A stretch of DNA of 61,011 nucleotides from Clostridia bacterium (GTDB taxonomy: Bacteria > Bacillota > Clostridia > Oscillospirales > CAG-272), in assembly GCA_028720145.1 (NCBI GenBank), contig JAQYLJ010000052.1, forward strand, positions 1-61,011, in the 5' to 3' direction. A program made the position numbers and the translations under genes. The notes beneath the pieces were generated by a model that worked only from the letters and a program-made list of their open reading frames with translations, had not been told where the DNA came from and did not search any database. This document shows positions 28,538 to 39,768 of this stretch, in pieces. The first letter of the stretch is position 1. Every line of letters begins with the position of its first letter.

Positions 28538-29067
28538 CCCATGAAATTCTGATTGCGGGATTCGGCGGACAGGGAGTCCTCTTTGCCGGGAAATTCCTCG
28601 CCTACCGCGGGCTGATGGAGGAGAAACAGGTCAGCTGGCTCCCGTCCTACGGACCCGAGATGCGCGGCGGCACCGCGAATTGCAGCGTCATCCTCTCGGA
28701 CGACCCGGTCGGCTCTCCCATCGTTGCGCACCCCGATGTTTTGATGGTGATGAACCTGCCGTCGTTTGATAAGTACGAGTCCGAGGCAAAACCCGGCGCA
28801 AAAGTTTTTGTGGACTCCACGCTGATTGAGCGGCAGGCGACGAGAGACGACATCGAGACCTTCTATATCCCCGCCACCCAGATGGCGCGGGAAGCGGGTG
28901 TCCCCACCCTCGCGAACATGATGATGGTCGGGAAGATGATGAAGGAGGTCGGCATCTCGTTCGACCATGTCGAAGACGCCCTCCGCAAAGTCGTCTCGGC
29001 GAAACACGCCGACCTCTTTGACGCGAACCTGAAAGCCATTCAGACGGGCTACGCCTACGAGGGCTGA
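28534..29067 (+). CDS. Gamma subunit of 2-oxoacid:ferredoxin oxidoreductase
   Basis: AGFGGQG, PSYGPEMRGG. Confidence 0.92.
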   Translation: MTHEILIAGFGGQGVLFAGKFLAYRGLMEEKQVSWLPSYGPEMRGGTANCSVILSDDPVGSPIVAHPDVLMVMNLPSFDKYESEAKPGAKVFVDSTLIERQATRDDIETFYIPATQMAREAGVPTLANMMMVGKMMKEVGISFDHVEDALRKVVSAKHADLFDANLKAIQTGYAYEG

Positions 29068-29102
29068 CCCCCCGCGGGGCACCGCCCCCGCGCTTCATTA
29101 AG

Positions 29103-29130
29103 AAAAACACCCGAGAAATCGGGTGTTTTT
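29103..29130. terminator. Bidirectional intrinsic terminator
   Basis: AAAAACACCCGA-gaaa-TCGGGTGTTTTT between convergent genes. Confidence 0.75.
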
Positions 29131-29208
29131 CTGTTTCTTTCCCTTGCACATCTCCGCCTCGGTATCATCATCCGTTTTTCGCTTGGAAACAGGAGACAAA
29201 AGCCTCGT

Positions 29209-30402
29209 TTACTGTTTTCTCTCACGGTATTCGTGCGGGGTGACGCCGATATATTTCTTGAATACCCGCGAGAAGTGGGCGGGGGAAGAGAAACCGAGGT
29301 ATTCGGAGATGGAGATGATGGTCTTGTCGGTGTAGCGCAAAAGACGCTTGCCCTCGATGGCTTTTTCTTTCAGAATATAGTCGGTCAGTGTCACCCCCGC
29401 TTCCTCTTTGAATTTGGTCGACAGGCGACTGCGACTCATAAATACGGCGGCGGCAATGTCCGCGGTCTTGATCGGCTCCGAGAGGTGGTGCAGGACATAG
29501 TTGGTGACATCCATTGTGAGTTTGGTCGGCTGTTTGCCCCGACGGATACGCTCGACCCGCTCGGTATAATCCAGCGCCATGTGATAATGCAGTTTCGTAA
29601 TGGCTTCCATGCTCGTGAGCAGTTCGCACTCCTGGATGTAGGAGTCGCTGAGCGCGAGCGCGTCATGGACATCCATGCCCCCGCGGATGGCGCTGCGGCA
29701 GATGACGGTCGCCGTCACGATGAATGTGTTCTTGTACTGCCGCAGTTGGTCGTGCGCGAGGATTCCCGCCTCGACGGGCGGCGCATTCGCCACCCATTGA
29801 CGGAGGGAGGCGGTGTCGCCGTGGCGGACGATATTCGTGATGGTCTGTTCGAGCGCGTAGGAGTTGCCGACGCTCTCTGGGAGTGCACCCGCGCTCGCGC
29901 TCTCTTGGCTTTCCGTTTGACTGTCGAACAGTTTTTTGCGCTCTGCTTGCTCCGCGTCGTAGATTTTGAGGTCCAAGAGGGTCAGCCGCTCTCCGGATAG
30001 AACATGGTCCACCATGAGGAGAATTTGCAACACGCGGTCGAGGGGCATCCGCGTGATATTCTGCATCGCGAGAATGAAGTCGTCGGTATCGACCGCAGGG
30101 ACATCCGCGCGGAACGCGAGTTCTCTCAGCACATGCGTCTCGGCGGGGATCTGCCGCGCGGGACCCAGCACCACCGCGAGTTCTCCCGAACGCACGATGC
30201 CGTAATAGTTGAAAATCGGCGTGATGAAATAGCCGACGCGCTCGCGGATTTCGAGGATTTTATCGAGGTAGAGACAGATGGGGTCGCGGGGGAGGTCGAC
30301 CACCGCGTGGTAGAAAATCTGCTCTCCCTCACGGTAGACGCGAATCGGGACCCCCGTTAAATTCCCGATGACGGTACAGAGATAGGGGATATCGACTGCC
30401 AT
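29209..30402 (-). CDS. AraC-family transcriptional regulator
   Basis: C-terminal double HTH (SRSRLSTKFK, ISEYLGFSSPAHFSRVFKK..GVTP); GGAGG RBS before ATG 30402; divergent from GH3. Confidence 0.9.
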   Translation of the reverse strand: MAVDIPYLCTVIGNLTGVPIRVYREGEQIFYHAVVDLPRDPICLYLDKILEIRERVGYFITPIFNYYGIVRSGELAVVLGPARQIPAETHVLRELAFRADVPAVDTDDFILAMQNITRMPLDRVLQILLMVDHVLSGERLTLLDLKIYDAEQAERKKLFDSQTESQESASAGALPESVGNSYALEQTITNIVRHGDTASLRQWVANAPPVEAGILAHDQLRQYKNTFIVTATVICRSAIRGGMDVHDALALSDSYIQECELLTSMEAITKLHYHMALDYTERVERIRRGKQPTKLTMDVTNYVLHHLSEPIKTADIAAAVFMSRSRLSTKFKEEAGVTLTDYILKEKAIEGKRLLRYTDKTIISISEYLGFSSPAHFSRVFKKYIGVTPHEYRERKQ

Positions 30403-30507
30403 GGCACACCTCCGAAAATCGAAACAATTATACAATAAATGAAACAAAAATGCAAGATATTCCCCCGAAAAAGTGCCATAATAGAATTGAAAAGAAAGGG
30501 GGAGCCA

Positions 30508-32955
30508 ATGGATATTCAAAAACTTTTGGGCGAGCTGACCGTCGAGGAAAAGGCGGCACTCGTTTCGGGCACGGATTTCATGTACACGAATCCCATCCCA
30601 CGACTGGGGATTCCCGCGGTGTGTATGTCGGACGGACCCCACGGACTGCGTAAGCAGAAAGAGGGCGGGGATAACGGCATTTCGTCGAGCGAGCCTGCGA
30701 CGGCTTTCCCGACCGCGACGGCGACCGCCTCGGGGTGGAATCCCGAGAATACCCGCCGCATGGGGCAAGCCATCGGGGAGGAATGCCGCTACTACGGCGT
30801 CCATATCCTGCTCGGTCCGGGCGCGAATATCAAGCGCAACCCCCGCGCAGGCAGAAACTTCGAGTATTTCTCCGAAGACCCTCTGCTCGCGGGGACGATG
30901 GGCGCGGCGGAAGTCGAGGGCGTGCAGTCGGCAGGGGTAGGGGTCTCCCTCAAACACTTTGCTTTGAATAACGCCGAAGAATACCGCTTTATGGGGGACA
31001 GCGTCTGCGACACCCGCGCCATGCGGGAAATCTACTTGAAAGTGTTCGAGCACATTGTCAGACAGGCGCACCCCGCGACCGTCATGTGCGCGTACAATAA
31101 AATCAACGGGACCTATTGTTCGGAGAACCCCCGCTTGCTCACGGACATTCTGCGGCGGGAATGGGGATTCGACGGGGCGGTCATGACCGACTGGGGCGCG
31201 ACCCACGACCGCGTCGCGGGTCTTGAAGCCGGGCTCGACCTCGAGATGCCGGGCGACTGCGCCATCTGTCGGAAGTGGATTCTCGATGCGGTGTCCGACG
31301 GCAGTCTCCCGATGGAAGTGCTGGATACGGCGGTCGCGAATATCCTGCGTCTCGCCGCCTGCGCGTCCGAGACCGAAAAGACCGAGACCCCCGACTTCGA
31401 GGCGCACCACCGCCTCGCCGCGGAGATCGCCGAGGACTGCGCCGTGCTGATGAAAAACGACGGGGTTCTCCCTCTCGCCCCCGATGGGGCATACCTCGTG
31501 GTCGGAGACCTCTTCGAGAAGATGCGGTATCAGGGCGCGGGCAGTTCCATGATTCACCCCACACGGGTCACCACCCCGAAAGATGCGTTTGACGCGCGGG
31601 GGGTGCATTACGGCTTCGCACGCGGCTACCGTGAGAACCGCTTTGATATCCAACCCGACTTGATAGATGAGGCGGTTCACCTCGCGGCGGGGTATGAGAC
31701 GGTGCTCGTCTTCGCGGGTCTGACCGACTATGCGGAGAGCGAGGGCGCGGACAGAGAGACCCTTTCGCTACCGCAGAACCAACTCGCGCTCATCGATGCG
31801 CTCGCCGAAACGGGGAAGAAGATTGTCGTCGTCCTCTTCGGCGGCTCGGTGGTCGAACTGCCGTTTGCAGACCGCGTCCACGCCATTCTCAATATGTTCC
31901 TCCCGGGACAGAATGGGGGGACGGCGACCGCCCGCCTGCTCTTCGGGGAGAAGAACCCCGCGGGGAGACTCTCCGAGACCTGGGTCAAGTGCGCGGCGGA
32001 TATCCCGTTCGACGCGGATTTTTCCAAACAGAAAACCGAAGTCTATAAAGAGAGCGTGTTCGTCGGTTACCGCTACTACCTGACGGCGAAAAAAGAGGTG
32101 CGGTACCCCTTCGGCTATGGGCTGTCCTATACGACTTTCGCCTATCACGACATCGAGGTCGAAAAGACCGAGGGACGGTATACCGTCAAATGCCGCGTGG
32201 AGAACACAGGCGACTATGCCGGTGCCGAGGTCGTGGAACTCTATGTCAAGGCGCCGAAAACCGAAATTTTCAAACCCGAGAAAGAACTCCGCGCATTCGG
32301 GAAGGTCTATCTCGCCCCGGGCGAGAGCCAAATCGTGACCCTGTCGTTTTCGGAAGAGGATCTGCGCTTCTATTACGACCGCGAGAGCCGCTGGGTCTTG
32401 GAGGCGGGTACATACGAGATACAGATTTGCTCCGACTGCGAGACGGTGCGCCTGTCCGAGACGGTCACCGTCGCGGGCGAGACCATCGCCTGCCCGTGGG
32501 ACGAGAGCGTGCGTGAGGTCTACGGGCAGGCGGATATGGCGCGCGTCACCGATGCACTGTGGGAGAAGATGAGCGGACTCAAAATACCCGTCCCGACCCC
32601 CACGCGCCCCGTGACGCTCGAATCCCGCTTTACCGATTTGAAGGAGACCCTCCCCGGGCGGATCCTGTTCTCGGCGGTGCTCGGTGTCGCCGGGCGACAG
32701 ATGAAACGGGCGCAGAAGATGCCCGACGGGGTCGAGAAAGACAACGCCGTCAAAGGCGCGCTCTTCATGAAGCGCATTTTGGAGAGCAATTCCCTCATCA
32801 CCATGTCGATGAGCGCGGGGAAGAGTATGCCCTACCACTTCGCACGGGGATTTGTCGAGTTCGCGAACTGGCATATCCTGCGCGCGATCGGATGCTTCCT
32901 CGGGAAACCGAAAGTGCCGAAATTGCCGAAAGAGAAAGATAAGGAGGAATCATAA
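30508..32955 (+). CDS. GH3 beta-glucosidase
   Basis: [50 protein letters not shown]; no signal peptide. Confidence 0.93.
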   Translation: MDIQKLLGELTVEEKAALVSGTDFMYTNPIPRLGIPAVCMSDGPHGLRKQKEGGDNGISSSEPATAFPTATATASGWNPENTRRMGQAIGEECRYYGVHILLGPGANIKRNPRAGRNFEYFSEDPLLAGTMGAAEVEGVQSAGVGVSLKHFALNNAEEYRFMGDSVCDTRAMREIYLKVFEHIVRQAHPATVMCAYNKINGTYCSENPRLLTDILRREWGFDGAVMTDWGATHDRVAGLEAGLDLEMPGDCAICRKWILDAVSDGSLPMEVLDTAVANILRLAACASETEKTETPDFEAHHRLAAEIAEDCAVLMKNDGVLPLAPDGAYLVVGDLFEKMRYQGAGSSMIHPTRVTTPKDAFDARGVHYGFARGYRENRFDIQPDLIDEAVHLAAGYETVLVFAGLTDYAESEGADRETLSLPQNQLALIDALAETGKKIVVVLFGGSVVELPFADRVHAILNMFLPGQNGGTATARLLFGEKNPAGRLSETWVKCAADIPFDADFSKQKTEVYKESVFVGYRYYLTAKKEVRYPFGYGLSYTTFAYHDIEVEKTEGRYTVKCRVENTGDYAGAEVVELYVKAPKTEIFKPEKELRAFGKVYLAPGESQIVTLSFSEEDLRFYYDRESRWVLEAGTYEIQICSDCETVRLSETVTVAGETIACPWDESVREVYGQADMARVTDALWEKMSGLKIPVPTPTRPVTLESRFTDLKETLPGRILFSAVLGVAGRQMKRAQKMPDGVEKDNAVKGALFMKRILESNSLITMSMSAGKSMPYHFARGFVEFANWHILRAIGCFLGKPKVPKLPKEKDKEES

Positions 32956-32957
32956 CC

Positions 32958-34823
32958 GTGGGAAAAAGTCAGATGCTGAGCGGTCGGCTGTTTGACAGCC
33001 GCGTCCACTCGAAAAATGTAGAAGGCAAGGAAAAATGGCTGGGGTACCTGCTCGGTCCCTGTGGTGCACTGCTGCTCAACGCCGTCCTCGCTACCTATCT
33101 GAATGTCTACTATACCGATGTCCTGAAACTCACGACTGTTTGGGGCGGCGCATTCTTGGTCGTGTTCCCGCTGGTGTCGAAGATTATCGATGCCGTCACC
33201 AATGTTCTGATGGGATACATCATCGACAGAACGCGCACCAAACAGGGCAAGGCCCGTCCGTGGCTGTTGCTCTCCGCGCCGCTTCTCTTTGTGACGGGGC
33301 TGCTCCTGTTCATCGTGCCGAGCGGGAACCTCACCATGCAGATTGTATGGGTCATGGGTTCGTATAACCTGTTCTATTCGTTCGCGTTCACCATTTATAA
33401 TATGAGCCATAACCTCATGTGCCCGCTTTCGACGAGAAACACGGTTCAGCGCGGCGGACTTTCGGTGTTCAACCAAATCTCCACGATTATGATGAGTGGG
33501 ATTCTGGTCGCACTCGTGTTCCCCATGGCAATCATGCCTATGCTCGGGGTCGATAAATCGCGTTGGATTGTAGTCATGGGCATTCTGTCGGGCATCGCGC
33601 TCCCGCTCACCTTGCTGGAATACTACTTCACGAAAGAGCGCGTCACCGAGGAGCAGATGGGGACGGACGAAAAGAAGATCCCGTTTCTCACACAACTGAA
33701 GGTTGTTCTGACCGACAAGTATATGCTGGTCACCTTTGCGTACTTTCTCATCTATACGCTGGCGTCCTCTTTGAAAAACATCGGGCTCGTCTACTACTGT
33801 AACTATGTACTGGGAACATACAACGACGGCATCACGCAAATGCTCGTCTCGGTCATCGGCGGCATCCCGATGGGCCTCGGCATTTTCGCCGTCTGGCCGC
33901 TCGCCAAGAAGTTCGGGAAACGGAATGTCACCCTGTGGGGCTTCGTCCTCTATTCGCTTGGGAGTCTCGTCTGCTGGCTATTCCCCACGAACTTGCCTAT
34001 CGTCCTCGTCGGGCAGTTCATCAAGAATATCGGCGGTCTGCCCTGTGCCTATGTCTTCATGGCGCTGTTCGCCGACGGGCTCGACCATATCGAATGGAAG
34101 AGCGGCATCCGTTGCGACGGTACGGCGATGTCTGTCTATAACATTATCGCGGTTGCCATTGTCGGTGTCTCGACCGCACTCTTCAACGCGATGATTTCGG
34201 GTGCGGGCTATATCGCCCCCGAACTGGTCGACGGTGTCACGGTCGCCGCGGCACAGCCCGACGCGGTGAAAAATGTCATCACCTTCGCTTTTGTCGGACT
34301 GGAATCCGTGACCGGCGTAATTCTGGCGGTGCTTCTCGTGTTCCTCTCGGTCGAAAAGACGATTGCCCGCAAACAGGAGATGATCCGTGAACGCCAAAAG
34401 GCGGCGGCGCTGGCGCGGGGTGAAGAATGGGTCGCGCCCGAAGTGCAGGCGGAAATCGACGAAAAGAAATTCCGGCAAGAGGGCGAAAGAATTTTCGCGG
34501 AAGAACTGGAAGCGAAGTGTCGAAAGAAAGGTCTCGACTACGCGGCAGAACTGGAAAAACACAAGAGAGCGGTCGCGGAAGCGGACGAAAAGAAAGCCGA
34601 AAAGAAGCGTCTCGCAGACGAGAGAGCGGCGGCGAAAGCCGCGCGAGCCGACGCAAAACGCGCTTTGAAACTGTCCCGTCTTACGCCCGAGCAACTTGCC
34701 GCGCGTGAAGGAAAAGCCAAACGCCGTCAGGCACGCGACGACGCGGCATGGGCGGTCGAACGCGAAAAAGGCGAAGCGTTTTACACGAAAATCCAAGCCG
34801 AACTCGCGGCGAAGCAATCATAA
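32958..34823 (+). CDS. GPH-family MFS glycoside transporter with long charged C-terminal tail
   Basis: [24 protein letters not shown], ~12 TM segments. Confidence 0.88.
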   Translation: MGKSQMLSGRLFDSRVHSKNVEGKEKWLGYLLGPCGALLLNAVLATYLNVYYTDVLKLTTVWGGAFLVVFPLVSKIIDAVTNVLMGYIIDRTRTKQGKARPWLLLSAPLLFVTGLLLFIVPSGNLTMQIVWVMGSYNLFYSFAFTIYNMSHNLMCPLSTRNTVQRGGLSVFNQISTIMMSGILVALVFPMAIMPMLGVDKSRWIVVMGILSGIALPLTLLEYYFTKERVTEEQMGTDEKKIPFLTQLKVVLTDKYMLVTFAYFLIYTLASSLKNIGLVYYCNYVLGTYNDGITQMLVSVIGGIPMGLGIFAVWPLAKKFGKRNVTLWGFVLYSLGSLVCWLFPTNLPIVLVGQFIKNIGGLPCAYVFMALFADGLDHIEWKSGIRCDGTAMSVYNIIAVAIVGVSTALFNAMISGAGYIAPELVDGVTVAAAQPDAVKNVITFAFVGLESVTGVILAVLLVFLSVEKTIARKQEMIRERQKAAALARGEEWVAPEVQAEIDEKKFRQEGERIFAEELEAKCRKKGLDYAAELEKHKRAVAEADEKKAEKKRLADERAAAKAARADAKRALKLSRLTPEQLAAREGKAKRRQARDDAAWAVEREKGEAFYTKIQAELAAKQS

Positions 34824-34875
34824 AACGGCAGACTCAAAATAGAGTTTCTATTTGCGACCTGATAGGAGGGTATCC

Positions 34876-37440
34876 ATGAAACCGATTAACCTGAGAACCG
34901 AATATTTGGAGAATCCCCTCGGCATCGATTTGCAAAACCCCCGTCTCTTTTGGAACTGCGAGGGCGGCATCAAGCAGACGGCGTACCGCATTGTCGCGAC
35001 GAGCGGCGACAGAACCGTGTGGGATAGCGGGAAGGTGCCATCCGACAGCATGAACGCGACATATCCCCATCCGCTCATATCCCGTCAGCGCGTGGAATGG
35101 ACGGTCACTCTTTGGGACGAAAAGGGGGAAGAGGGCGAGAGCAATACGGCATCCTTCGAGATGGGACTGCTGTCGCCCGCCGACTGGCAGGCGAAGTGGA
35201 TTGCCGGCGATTACCGTGTCGACCGAAAAAAACGCTATCCCGTGGATTGCTTCAAAAAATCTTTTGCGGCAGACGGTATCCGACGCGCACGGCTGTATAT
35301 TTCGGCTTGCGGCATATACGAAGCGTGTATCAACGGTCAAAGAGTGGGGAACTTCTGCCTCGCACCCGGACACACCGATTACAGAAAGCGCGTGCAGTTG
35401 CAGACCTACGATGTCACCGCCCTGATACGCGACGGCAATAACGACCTCACGGTGGAACTCGCGGACGGCTGGTATCGCGGGAGTTGCGGCGCGTGGGGAC
35501 TGAAAAACCAATACGGTCGACAGACCAAACTGATTGCGCAACTCGAACTTGTCGGAGGGGATGGAAAAACGACCTTTGTCTCTTCGGACAAGAGTTGGGC
35601 GTGGTCGAACGACGGCGCGATTCGGTTCGCCGACAACAAAGACGGGGAGATCGTCGAGGCATACCGCACCCCGTCCTATGCGGGGAGAGCGAGAACCGCA
35701 AAACACGCTGTTCGCCCCACCGCGTCGAATAGTGTCCCCGTGACCGAACACGAGCATTTTTCGGTCAAACAGGTGGTCAAGACGCCACGGGGGGCGACCG
35801 TTCTCGACTTCGGGCAGAATATCGCGGGCTATGTTGCGTTTTCCGTCCGCGCAAAGCAGGGTCAGACGGTAAAACTGCGCTTTGGGGAAATGTTTGATAA
35901 AGACGGAGAGTTCACCCAAAAGAACATCCAATGCGCGAACAAAAAGCGCACGAAAGTGACCCCCTTACAGCAGATTGTCTATACCTGTCAAGAGGGGATC
36001 AACCGATACAAAACCAAGTTTGCCATCTTCGGATTCCAATATGTCCTGATCGAAACCGACGCGGAATGGAAAGAAGAAGACTTCACGGCTGTCGCGGTCT
36101 ATTCGGATATGCAGGAGACGCTTTTGTTCGACTGTTCGCACCCGCTCATCAATCAACTGGTAGAAAGCACCCGTTGGTCGGCAAAGAACAATCATGCCGA
36201 TGTCCCGACCGATTGTCCCACGCGGGAACGCCACGGTTGGACGGGAGACGCACAGATTTTTGTGAATACCGCGAGTTATCTGTTCGATTATGCGGCGTTC
36301 GCGAGAAAGTATGTGAGTGATATGTGCGACGGACAGCGCAAAAACGGGACATTCCGACAGATTTCCCCGCGCGGCGGCGTCGACTTCTATATGAATACCA
36401 TGGACGGCTCCGCGGGGTGGTCGGACGCAGGCGTGCTCATCCCCTATCGCATCTATCGGAAGTACGGTGATAAACGCATTTTGGAGAACAATTACCAAGC
36501 GATGAAGCGTTACGCGATGCGTAAAATCAAGACGCTCGGGAAATGGTATCTCACGGCATTACCGACAGGCGTGGGCGTGAAGTACCGGAAGTATATTTCC
36601 AATTACGGGCAGTCCTACGGCGAATGGGCGGAACCCACGGATGTCAAGGCGTTCAGCATATCGGATTTTGTCTGTCCCCATCCCGAGGAGACCACGGCAT
36701 ATATCGTCTATATGCTGGAACACATGACGAAAATCGCCGAAATCCTCGGGGAGAGCGAGGACGCGAAACTGTATCGGAAGTACGCGGACAGAGCACGCAT
36801 CGGCTACCGCAAACTCATCGAGACGAAAAAGTATTCCTATGATACGGACAGACAGGCGAAACTTGTTCGACCGCTCTATATGCATCTGTTGGACGAGAAT
36901 CAGACCGCATTTGCCAAAGAGAGGTTATTGAAAGCGCTCGATCGGTACGGTTGGAGACTCGGCACGGGCTTTTTATCGACGCCGTTTATCCTCTATGTCT
37001 TGCAGGAAATGGATATCGAATACGCATATCGCTTGCTGGAAAACGAGGAGATGCCGGGCTGGCTGTTCATGCCCAAAATGAATGCCAATACCATTTGGGA
37101 GAGTTGGGAAGGCACGGAAGCGCAAGGCGGCATCGCCTCTCTCGACCACTATTCAAAAGGTGCGGTTTGCGAGTGGATTTTCGATTCCATGTGCGGTATC
37201 AATGTGGGCGAGAAGCCGAACTCCTTCGTCATCAGACCCATGCCGGGCGGCACCCTGACACACGCGAGCGCACGTTATCGGAGCATCTACGGAGAGGTAG
37301 AGTGCGCGTGGACGCGCGAAGGCGACGAGACGGTCGTCGTGGTCGTCCTCCCGCCCAATACCACCGCCTTGATTCGCCTCCCGAACGGCGAGGAATACGA
37401 GCGGGAAGCGGGCACCTACCGTTTTTCCTACGGGAAATAA
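34876..37440 (+). CDS. GH78 alpha-L-rhamnosidase
   Basis: LDFGQN, PTDCPTRERHGWTGD, TGFLST, TIWESW, SLDHY. Confidence 0.92.
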   Translation: MKPINLRTEYLENPLGIDLQNPRLFWNCEGGIKQTAYRIVATSGDRTVWDSGKVPSDSMNATYPHPLISRQRVEWTVTLWDEKGEEGESNTASFEMGLLSPADWQAKWIAGDYRVDRKKRYPVDCFKKSFAADGIRRARLYISACGIYEACINGQRVGNFCLAPGHTDYRKRVQLQTYDVTALIRDGNNDLTVELADGWYRGSCGAWGLKNQYGRQTKLIAQLELVGGDGKTTFVSSDKSWAWSNDGAIRFADNKDGEIVEAYRTPSYAGRARTAKHAVRPTASNSVPVTEHEHFSVKQVVKTPRGATVLDFGQNIAGYVAFSVRAKQGQTVKLRFGEMFDKDGEFTQKNIQCANKKRTKVTPLQQIVYTCQEGINRYKTKFAIFGFQYVLIETDAEWKEEDFTAVAVYSDMQETLLFDCSHPLINQLVESTRWSAKNNHADVPTDCPTRERHGWTGDAQIFVNTASYLFDYAAFARKYVSDMCDGQRKNGTFRQISPRGGVDFYMNTMDGSAGWSDAGVLIPYRIYRKYGDKRILENNYQAMKRYAMRKIKTLGKWYLTALPTGVGVKYRKYISNYGQSYGEWAEPTDVKAFSISDFVCPHPEETTAYIVYMLEHMTKIAEILGESEDAKLYRKYADRARIGYRKLIETKKYSYDTDRQAKLVRPLYMHLLDENQTAFAKERLLKALDRYGWRLGTGFLSTPFILYVLQEMDIEYAYRLLENEEMPGWLFMPKMNANTIWESWEGTEAQGGIASLDHYSKGAVCEWIFDSMCGINVGEKPNSFVIRPMPGGTLTHASARYRSIYGEVECAWTREGDETVVVVVLPPNTTALIRLPNGEEYEREAGTYRFSYGK

Positions 37441-37515
37441 AATAGACAGCAGCACAATGAAACACAGAGAGGAGCCGATTTTTCGGCTCCTCTTTGACAA
37501 TTCGGATGTTTTATG

Positions 37516-38628
37516 TTATAAGTACACCCGTTTCACGCGGGGACCGATGCCGGTGAGCAGTTCGTAGGGGATGGTCGAGAGCGCGTGGGCATACGCCGAG
37601 GCGGAGGTCTCGGGGTCGGGACCGAACAGCGTCACGACCTCTTCGGGCGCACCGCCCGTGTCGGTGAGGTCCACGAGGGTCGCATCCATACAGACTCGCC
37701 CAATGATGGGCGCGTACCCCCGACGGCAGCCGACCTTGCACCCGCGTTCTCCCGCCGCTCGGGGAATCCCGTCCGCGTAGCCTAGAGGGATCACACCCAC
37801 CCGTGTGGGTCGCGTCGTGACATACGCGCCCCCGTACCCGAGCGGAATCCCGCTCGGGACTTCGCGCACCGCGATGAGGGGTGCTTTGACGGTTAAACAC
37901 GGGGTGACGGGCAGGGGATGGATGACCTCGCCCGGCAGGTACCCGTAAAGGAGGATGCCCGCCCGCACCATGTCGAGCCCCGCCTCGGGATAGTCGAGGA
38001 TGCCCCCGCTGTTGGATGCGTGTCGGAGGAGCCGACCCGTCACGGTCTCCGCGACTTCCACACCCCGGTGGAACGCGAGGAGTTGCCCCGTCGTCTTGGC
38101 GACACCCTGTTTCCCCGTATCCGCGGACGCGAGGTGGGTATAGATGCCGGTATAGGCGATTCGCGGGAGACGCACGACCTCTTTGAGCGCATCCTCTTCC
38201 CGGGGGAACGAAAACCCCAGCCGCCCCATCCCCGTGTCCAGTTTCAGGTGTGCGGTGAGGACGCGCCTCGTCCCCCGCATCGCGGCAGACAGCCGTCGCC
38301 CCTCTTCCAAAGAGTAGACCGTGACCGTGAGACGGTGTTCGAGCACCTCGGGGAGCAGGGCGGGCGACGTGTAGCCGAGAATCAGAATGGGCACTTGAAT
38401 CCCGCACCGTCTGAGTGTGAACCCCTCTTCGGGGTTTGCCACCGCGAGCATTTCCGCCCCCAATTTTTCAAAGAGCGTCCCAAGGACGCACGCGCCGTGC
38501 CCGTAGGCGTTCGCCTTGACGACACAGCAGACGGGACGTACCGCGCGCTTTTTCACCAGTTGATAGTTTCTTGCCGCGGCGGTGAGCGAAATCTCCGCGA
38601 TGCCCCCCTCGTATTTTGTTTTTTTCAT
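37516..38628 (-). CDS. alr: Alanine racemase
   Basis: VVKANAYGHG, HLKLDTGMGRLG, GYADG, GRVCMD, TIPYE. Confidence 0.93.
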   Translation of the reverse strand: MKKTKYEGGIAEISLTAAARNYQLVKKRAVRPVCCVVKANAYGHGACVLGTLFEKLGAEMLAVANPEEGFTLRRCGIQVPILILGYTSPALLPEVLEHRLTVTVYSLEEGRRLSAAMRGTRRVLTAHLKLDTGMGRLGFSFPREEDALKEVVRLPRIAYTGIYTHLASADTGKQGVAKTTGQLLAFHRGVEVAETVTGRLLRHASNSGGILDYPEAGLDMVRAGILLYGYLPGEVIHPLPVTPCLTVKAPLIAVREVPSGIPLGYGGAYVTTRPTRVGVIPLGYADGIPRAAGERGCKVGCRRGYAPIIGRVCMDATLVDLTDTGGAPEEVVTLFGPDPETSASAYAHALSTIPYELLTGIGPRVKRVYL

Positions 38629-38746
38629 GCCGTCACCCCCTCTTTGTAGGGTATGCGCGGCAGGCGCGCGGCGGGCACTTACGAGCCACAAAAAAGAAAA
38701 AAGCAACTCCGCGGGGTTGCTTTTCGTGAGTAAATGTGTGCGGCTT

Positions 38747-39406
38747 TCAGAGCACCGCCTGCTCGTTGATATACAGGCGGAACCGCAGATTCAGTTTCTC
38801 CGCCGCCTTGCGGGACATCACCATACGGGTGAGGAAGATTTCAAAGTAGTCCATCACCGCGCTGATGGTGGTATCGATTTTGAGACGGAGAATGACTTCC
38901 TGTTTGTCGTCTGACAGGGTGAGACGGGACTCGACCACCGAGTAGTTGACGCGGTCGTGAATATCAAAGGTCGCAATATCGCGGTTCCGCACGCGGGAGC
39001 GGCGGACATCGGTCTTGTCCGCGAGAATCAGCGCGGCGCTCACCGCATTGACGGGGAAGCCCGTCCCCTCGTCGTGGTTGCCGATCGCGGAGACGACGGT
39101 CGAGATTTCGGCGGGGTCCATGCCCATGCCATTCAGCAGACGGAACGCCATCACCGCCCCCGTCTCGGCGTGGTGGGTGCGGTTGACGAGGTTCCCGATA
39201 TCGTGGAGATACCCCGCTATCTTCGCGAGTTCCACCGTCCGCTCGTCATAGCCGAGCGAGGTGAGAATCATCGCGGCGGTCTCGGCGGCCTTGGTGACAT
39301 GGGCGCGCCCGTGGTCGGTGAATCCCATCGCCGCCATCGTGCCGTCCGCCTGTTCGATATAGGTATTGATTTCGGGGTTTTTCCGAATCTCCGCATAAGT
39401 TACCAT
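38747..39406 (-). CDS. HD-domain phosphohydrolase
   Basis: DHGRAH, LHDIGN, NHDE, LADK; hairpin terminator at ~38697-38724. Confidence 0.88.
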   Translation of the reverse strand: MVTYAEIRKNPEINTYIEQADGTMAAMGFTDHGRAHVTKAAETAAMILTSLGYDERTVELAKIAGYLHDIGNLVNRTHHAETGAVMAFRLLNGMGMDPAEISTVVSAIGNHDEGTGFPVNAVSAALILADKTDVRRSRVRNRDIATFDIHDRVNYSVVESRLTLSDDKQEVILRLKIDTTISAVMDYFEIFLTRMVMSRKAAEKLNLRFRLYINEQAVL

Positions 39407-39768
39407 CGTATGCTCCTCTTGTGCCGGCAGGAACGCTCTCGCTTCTCGCCATGCATCGTTTCTGACTGCTTTTAACTACAATGTAACAGATTTTCCCGTC
39501 TCATGCAAGGCTTTTTACAAAGGCTTTACAGAACACCGCATCTGCCCCCGCTCTTGACGGGGAGACGGAAAAACCGTGTCATAAATACAGATTGCGGCAC
39601 GTCTCAAAAGAAGAAAGAGCAAAAACCTTAAAATAAGTCAGATATGCCATTGCACATTTTCTGCCGCAAAGATAAGATAAGTATGAAATTACAAGCCCGA
39701 CGGCAAGAGCGGATTTCCAAACCCGAGAGGGACCGCCGTCCGACCGCAGGGCATGAAAGGGATTTGCA

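Noticed and set aside
30403-31680. N-terminal extension of the 823-aa AraC ORF
   Set aside because: It is antisense to GH3; the real start is ATG 30402 with a GGAGG RBS.
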